Source of the DNA: Prochlorococcus sp. AG-347-J06
GTDB lineage: Bacteria > Cyanobacteriota > Cyanobacteriia > PCC-6307 > Cyanobiaceae
Reading direction: 5' to 3'
Assembly: GCA_003281525.1 (NCBI GenBank)
Contig: QCBT01000004.1
Span: forward strand, 1,618-65,617
DNA length: 64,000 bases
Position 1 is the first letter of the stretch. Each line of letters starts with the position of its first letter. Positions 58,808 to 64,000 of the stretch are shown piece by piece. Under the pieces are notes generated by a model. That model was given only the letters and a program-made list of their open reading frames with translations, had not been told where the DNA came from and did no database searches. A program made the translations under genes and the position numbers.

Positions 58808-59428
58808 TCATCCAATTAAATTATTAACTTTATCTTGAAGGTACATTGTTACAGAATTCAGATCATCTCTTGATGAACTTTTGGGGGGTTGAACAGGTTT
58901 TCCCACTTTAATAACTATTTTTGAAAACAAAGGAATAAAGGATTTGAATCTTACTAGTCTATGAGAATTAACTATTGCAACAGGCAATAATAATTTTTGA
59001 TTTTTAAAGGCTAATAATGCTGCGCCTTGTTTGGGCTTATTCACTCGACCATTTTTTTGACGCGTACCATCAATAAATATTCCAATACAATTATCATTTG
59101 ATAATTTCTTACATGCTGTTTTAATGGTATTTTTATCAACAATTCCTCTTTTCACAGGATAAGCTCCACAAGCCTTGATAATAAACCCAAGTAAAGGTAT
59201 TTTAAATAGCTCTGCCTTGGCCATGAAAGATATATTACGTCCAAGAGCATGACCTAACAAAGGAGGGTCAAGCAAAGAACCATGATTAGAAACCATTATG
59301 AAAGAATTTTTTTGCGGAATATTTTCTCTACCTATTAAATGACCTCTAAATACAAATTTATAAATTGGAAATACAAAAAGTTTGCTAACTAATTGATAGA
59401 TTAATTTTTGAAAAACATCATTTTTCAT
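58808..59428 (-). CDS. plsC: 1-acyl-sn-glycerol-3-phosphate acyltransferase
   Basis: NHGSLLDPP (HX4D), FMAKAELF, FIDGTR. Confidence 0.95.
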   Translation of the reverse strand: MKNDVFQKLIYQLVSKLFVFPIYKFVFRGHLIGRENIPQKNSFIMVSNHGSLLDPPLLGHALGRNISFMAKAELFKIPLLGFIIKACGAYPVKRGIVDKNTIKTACKKLSNDNCIGIFIDGTRQKNGRVNKPKQGAALLAFKNQKLLLPVAIVNSHRLVRFKSFIPLFSKIVIKVGKPVQPPKSSSRDDLNSVTMYLQDKVNNLIG

Positions 59429-59434
59429 ACTTGA

Positions 59435-60331
59435 TTAATAAGTTATTTGATTAGAAGATGAAACTTGAGAAATTTTTAAATCTTTCATATGTCTTTTTGC
59501 TAAACCGCTAAGCACATTTGATGGACCAACTTCAACAAAATGAAGATCATTATCTTTTGCCATTAAATCCATAGTTTCTCGCCACCTTACGCCATTGCAC
59601 ATTTGATTTTCCAATCTAGTTTTAAGATCATTAGGATTGTCACATAATGAAGGTTCATAATTACTTATTACTGGGAAAGAAGGATTTTTAAATTTAATCT
59701 GTTTTAAATACTCAGAAAATTTAACTGCAGGCTCATTCATGAATGGTGAATGGAATGCACCTGAAACATTTAATTTTAGGAATCTTTTACAAGAAATTTC
59801 TTTTGATAAATTGTCTAACCCCTCGTTAGATCCTGATAAGACAACTTGGGAAGAGCTATTATCATTAGCAATTACAACATCTTCACTTTTTTTGACTAAT
59901 AAATCAAGTTCATTTCTATCAAAGCCAATTACTGCTGCCATAGATCCTTGCCCAGCATTTACCATTAATTGAGATCTTACTTTTATTAGTGATACGCAGT
60001 CTTCGAATGAAAAAACATCCGCACAATATAATGCAGTTATTTCTCCCAAACTATGCCCAGCAACATAAGTTGGTTTAAAACCATTTTCTTTTAAGGCATC
60101 TAATAAAATTGATTCAACCAAAAAAAGACAGATTTGTGTATTTCTTGTATTATTCAAATCCTTTAGAGGATTTGTTAGATCAGAATTTAACTCGCAAATT
60201 TCAAATAGATTTCTCTCAAATATCTCAGAAGCATAACTAAACCTCTCTTTTGTGCTCGGCAAATTCTCAATTTGTTTTGCCATTCCAATTTTTTGCGAAC
60301 CCTGTCCAGGGAATACCCATGCAACTGTCAT
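59435..60331 (-). CDS. fabD: Malonyl-CoA:ACP transacylase
   Basis: FPGQGSQ, GHSLGE, VSGAFHS. Confidence 0.98.
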   Translation of the reverse strand: MTVAWVFPGQGSQKIGMAKQIENLPSTKERFSYASEIFERNLFEICELNSDLTNPLKDLNNTRNTQICLFLVESILLDALKENGFKPTYVAGHSLGEITALYCADVFSFEDCVSLIKVRSQLMVNAGQGSMAAVIGFDRNELDLLVKKSEDVVIANDNSSSQVVLSGSNEGLDNLSKEISCKRFLKLNVSGAFHSPFMNEPAVKFSEYLKQIKFKNPSFPVISNYEPSLCDNPNDLKTRLENQMCNGVRWRETMDLMAKDNDLHFVEVGPSNVLSGLAKRHMKDLKISQVSSSNQITY

Positions 60332-60349
60332 AATGTTCCTATTTCGTTT

Positions 60350-61357
60350 TTAACCCCATTTAATTAGGGCTGCACCCCAACTTAACCCAGCACCGAAACC
60401 ACTTGTTGCAATAATATCATTTTGTTTAATTCTATAATCTCTTACAGCCTCATCCATCATTATTGGAATTGTTGCTGCTGACGTATTGCCATATTTTTCT
60501 AAATTACTAAGAATCTTTTCTGTGGGAATTTTCAACCTTTCTCCAACAGAATCCAATATTCTTTGATTAGCTTGATGCAGCAAGAGCCAATCAACTTGAT
60601 CAGAATTATATTTCATTTTTTGAAACAACTTTTCAAGAATTAGGGGAACTTCTTTAACTGCGAATTTATAAACTTCCTGACCATTCATCTGAATTGGAGA
60701 AAAACCTCCACTTAAAAAGTCAATTTCATCAACTATTGAATCCTTATTCTTTTTTGATGGAAGATTGAGAAAAGAACCCCTTCCCCCATCAGTTTTCATA
60801 TCAAAACCTATAAAATTATCGAATTCATTTGTGGCTTCAATTGCTAATGCACCAGCACCATCTCCAAAGAGAATACAGCTTCTTCTATCGGTCCAATCAA
60901 CAAAACTTGATAATTGATCTGCTCCAATAACAATAGCCCTTTTAAACCCCCCCCCTTTTAAAAATTGTGAGGCTGTTATTAAGGCAAATAAAAAACCACT
61001 ACAAGCTGCAGTCAAATCGAAAGCTACAGCATTAGATGCCCCTAATTTAGCTTGAATGGATGGGGCTGATCCAAATAAATCATGCGGAGTAGAAGTAGCT
61101 AAAACAATCAAGTCAATCGTTTTAATATCCCAATCAGCCATTTCTATAGCAGTTAAAGCAGCCTTATAACCCATCTCAGTAACATTATCTTCTACTCTAG
61201 AGATTCTTCTCTCAGAAATACCAGTTCTAGATTGTATCCATTCATTGCTTGTATCAACCTTTTGACTAATTTTTTGATTGGTTAGGATTTGATCAGGTAC
61301 ATAACTTCCGCTTCCCTTGAATGACACTCCAATTTGATTAAAATTTATTTCTTCCAA
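60350..61357 (-). CDS. fabH: 3-oxoacyl-ACP synthase III
   Basis: AACSGF, FGDGAGA, HQAN, GNTSAA, FGAGLSWG. Confidence 0.98.
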   Translation of the reverse strand: MEEINFNQIGVSFKGSGSYVPDQILTNQKISQKVDTSNEWIQSRTGISERRISRVEDNVTEMGYKAALTAIEMADWDIKTIDLIVLATSTPHDLFGSAPSIQAKLGASNAVAFDLTAACSGFLFALITASQFLKGGGFKRAIVIGADQLSSFVDWTDRRSCILFGDGAGALAIEATNEFDNFIGFDMKTDGGRGSFLNLPSKKNKDSIVDEIDFLSGGFSPIQMNGQEVYKFAVKEVPLILEKLFQKMKYNSDQVDWLLLHQANQRILDSVGERLKIPTEKILSNLEKYGNTSAATIPIMMDEAVRDYRIKQNDIIATSGFGAGLSWGAALIKWG

Positions 61358-61410
61358 AAGAGTTTTTTAGTTACTTATATTAGTCAAACATAAATTTGAC
61401 TCAATATGTT

Positions 61411-62829
61411 TTATGAATTTAAAACTTGAAGCTTTTGCAGTTGATTTAAATTATCCATAACACCATGATTCACCGCAGAGTGAGCCAAGCGAAGAGCACT
61501 AACTACTGATAAAGATTTGCTACTTCCATGACCAATAACGCAAATACCATTCACCCCAAGTAATAAAGCTCCGCCATGTTCGGCATGATCTAACCTTTTC
61601 TTAATTCTGAGTAGATTACTTTTTAAAAAAGCTGAACCAACTTTCCCCCGCCTTCCACGTGGCAGCTCAGATCTCAAAATATCTAATAAAACTCCCCCCA
61701 CAGATTCAAGGAATTTCAATAATATATTTCCAGTAAATCCATCACAGACTACTACGTCGAAACTACCTGATAATACATCTCGCCCTTCACAATTACCTCC
61801 AAAATCAAAACTTTTTTCAGAAGATAATAATTCAAATGTTTTTAGGGATAAATCATTACCTTTACATTCTTCTTCTCCAATATTTAAAAGGCCAATTCTT
61901 GGTTTTTGTACTTGTAGTACATCTTTTGCATAAACATTACCTAGAAGAGCAAATTGATGCAAATAAGATGGCTTACAATCAGTATTTGCACCGACATCTA
62001 AAACTAATACCGGGCGAGTTTGATCCCTTGTTGGAAATAATGCTCCTATCGCTGGTCTATCAATCCCTTTCAATCTCCCAATTCTAAATATGGCAGAAGC
62101 CATCATGGCACCAGAATTACCAGCTGAGTAGACAGCTTCAGCTTTATTATTTCTCACTAAGTCCATTGCAACGTTTATACTTGCATTTTTCCTTTTTCTG
62201 ACTGCAGTAGCTTCTTCATTCATCCCAATAGGCTCTCCACTATCAATTAATTCAAGACGATTATTATTAATTTCATTTTCTAATAATTCTGCTAAACCAG
62301 TTTTTTCAGCTGCATCTTTCACTTTTTCAATTTTGCCGACAAACTTTATATTTATTGGGAATCTACTTATTGCTTCGAGGCAACCTTCTAGAATTGGACC
62401 AGGAGCATAATCTCCACCCATACCATCAACTGCGATCCAAATTCTTTTAGATTGAATGTCTTCGACCTTATCTAAAATATTATCGCTATTTTGTAATCTT
62501 TTTAATGGGTCAAAAACTAATGGCTGTAATGTATTTTTCGCTATTGAGCTAGCATTTGAAACAACACTGCTAGCAGTATTCACAACAGATTCAGCGCTTG
62601 AAACTACATTACCCGCAACATTACCTGCAACATTACTAGCAACATTACTAGCAGTGGTCACAACAGAACCAGCACCAGAAACGACATTACCCGCAACATT
62701 ACTAGCCGTTGCAGCAGAACTAGCAGCAGTATCTACTATTGAAGTGACAGCCGAATTTCTTTTGTACCAAATAACTAATCTTCTAATAGCTCTGGACTTG
62801 TTAATTTTTTGCTCTGTTTCTTTCCCCAT
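61411..62829 (-). CDS. plsX: Phosphate acyltransferase PlsX with about 130-aa N-terminal extension
   Basis: IAVDGMGGDYAP, SAGNSGA, DVGAN, DGFTGN, HGSS. Confidence 0.97.
   Translation of the reverse strand: MGKETEQKINKSRAIRRLVIWYKRNSAVTSIVDTAASSAATASNVAGNVVSGAGSVVTTASNVASNVAGNVAGNVVSSAESVVNTASSVVSNASSIAKNTLQPLVFDPLKRLQNSDNILDKVEDIQSKRIWIAVDGMGGDYAPGPILEGCLEAISRFPINIKFVGKIEKVKDAAEKTGLAELLENEINNNRLELIDSGEPIGMNEEATAVRKRKNASINVAMDLVRNNKAEAVYSAGNSGAMMASAIFRIGRLKGIDRPAIGALFPTRDQTRPVLVLDVGANTDCKPSYLHQFALLGNVYAKDVLQVQKPRIGLLNIGEEECKGNDLSLKTFELLSSEKSFDFGGNCEGRDVLSGSFDVVVCDGFTGNILLKFLESVGGVLLDILRSELPRGRRGKVGSAFLKSNLLRIKKRLDHAEHGGALLLGVNGICVIGHGSSKSLSVVSALRLAHSAVNHGVMDNLNQLQKLQVLNS
62606..62707. repeat. 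12-bp tandem repeats in the plsX 5' extension
   Basis: ACATTAC(CC/CT/TA)GCA x4 at 62606-62653 and x2 at 62684-62707; encode A(S/G)NV units. Confidence 0.9.
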
Positions 62830-63576
62830 TTATTTACCATCAAAAGGAGCAATATCAACAATCCTTTGAAAAAGATATCCTGTACCCCTTGCTGTCAAAA
62901 TTAATTCAGGATTTGCTGGATCAGCCTCAAGTTTTGATCTTAATCTTGATATATGAACATCTACGACTCTCGTGTCTACATGTCTCTCGGGAGTATATCC
63001 CCAAACCTCTTTCAAGATCTCTCCTCTACTAAATGGCTCTCCTGACCTACTTACCAAAAGCTCTAAGAGACTAAATTCCATTCCAGTTAATCTTATTCTC
63101 TCATCGCTTTTAAAAACTTGCCTTCGATTTGTATCAATTTTTATATCCGTTACCAAAATTAATCCTGAATTAGGCATTCCAGGAATTTGTTCTTTGTCGA
63201 TTCTTCTAAGAACACACCTAATTCTAGCTTCTAATTCCTTTGGGCTGAATGGTTTTACTACATAATCATCAGCCCCTAATTCTAAACCTGTTATCCTATC
63301 TGCGACATCTCCTAATGCAGTTAACATAACAATTGGGACATCAGAATCTTTCCTTAATTCTTGACAAACTCCATAACCATCTAGCTTTGGCATCATGACG
63401 TCTAGCACTACTAAATCAGGTTCATAATGCTTAAATAACTTTAGTGCTTCTTTACCATCACTTGCAGTTACAACTTTGTAGCCAATCATGGAGAGACGTG
63501 TCTCCAGAATTCTTCTAATACTTGCCTCGTCATCTGCGACCAGTATAGTTTCTTTAGTTTGACTAGATAGAGCCAT
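62830..63576 (-). CDS. rpaB: OmpR-family response regulator RpaB (Ycf27)
   Basis: DDEASIRRILETRLSMIGY, WGYTPERHVDTRVVDVHISRLR, ELILTARGTGYLFQR. Confidence 0.97.
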   Translation of the reverse strand: MALSSQTKETILVADDEASIRRILETRLSMIGYKVVTASDGKEALKLFKHYEPDLVVLDVMMPKLDGYGVCQELRKDSDVPIVMLTALGDVADRITGLELGADDYVVKPFSPKELEARIRCVLRRIDKEQIPGMPNSGLILVTDIKIDTNRRQVFKSDERIRLTGMEFSLLELLVSRSGEPFSRGEILKEVWGYTPERHVDTRVVDVHISRLRSKLEADPANPELILTARGTGYLFQRIVDIAPFDGK

Positions 63577-63683
63577 TTGTTTCTATTAGCTAATCAGTAA
63601 GAGAATTTATTATTAACCTAATCTAACTTGTAGAGGGGCAATATCCCAAACATTCTAGTTCCATTACTTCATTCAGAAACTTA

Positions 63684-64000
63684 ATGTCTAGCAAATTATC
63701 GACTTTTATTTGTCAGAATTGTGGATCTGAAACTTCTCAATACTTTGGAAAATGCCTTAATTGCAACTCATGGAATTCTATTGTTGAAGAAATAAAAAGT
63801 AAGAGCTCTAAATATCAAGAAATAAAAGATATCAAAAACACAAAAAAATCTATACCATTTAATGAGATCTCATCAAAAAAAATATCAAGATTCACGAGTG
63901 GTTTTAAGGAATTTGATAGAGTTCTTGGAGGTGGAATAGTACCTGGATCTGTTGTTTTACTTGGAGGAGAACCAGGGATAGGTAAAAGCACAATAGTTCT
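63684..64000 (+). CDS. radA: DNA repair protein RadA/Sms, 5' part (truncated by window end)
   Basis: ATG 63684; C4 zinc finger CQNCG..GKCLNC; EFDRVLGGGIVPGS; Walker A GGEPGIGKST. Confidence 0.96.
   Translation, partial: MSSKLSTFICQNCGSETSQYFGKCLNCNSWNSIVEEIKSKSSKYQEIKDIKNTKKSIPFNEISSKKISRFTSGFKEFDRVLGGGIVPGSVVLLGGEPGIGKSTIV

Noticed and set aside
62606-62707. Possible CRISPR-like array
   Set aside because: 12-bp tandem coding units with no unique spacers and no cas genes
62456-62869. 137-aa plus-strand ORF with LPAT/LLAT repeats
   Set aside because: Reverse-complement reading of the plsX repeat region

Overview
Gene-dense, strongly AT-rich core-genome segment of a marine picocyanobacterium. 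Gene content, short intergenic regions and composition point to high-light Prochlorococcus (inference). It runs from the 3' end of rplJ to the 5' end of radA. It holds about 65 housekeeping genes: translation and tRNA/rRNA modification, relA/spoT, phylloquinone synthesis (menF/A/C/E, DHNA-CoA thioesterase), NDH-1 subunits, carotenoid synthesis (crtP, crtB, Z-ISO), lipid synthesis (plsX-fabH-fabD-plsC) and regulators (rpaB, rbcR, Ycf29-like, PedR-like). I saw no rRNA, tRNA, CRISPR array, integrase, transposase or island, and I cannot support a large novel multi-gene system. The best signals beyond the ORF track are a 46-aa ORF missed by the track, the prfB +1 frameshift, a canonically spaced NtcA-type promoter upstream of pgk, a repeat-built N-terminal extension on PlsX, a probable CC-adding enzyme, a metal-site-degenerate secreted MBL-fold protein, a possible non-canonical scpA start and a tail-less hairpin between rplL and rnhA.
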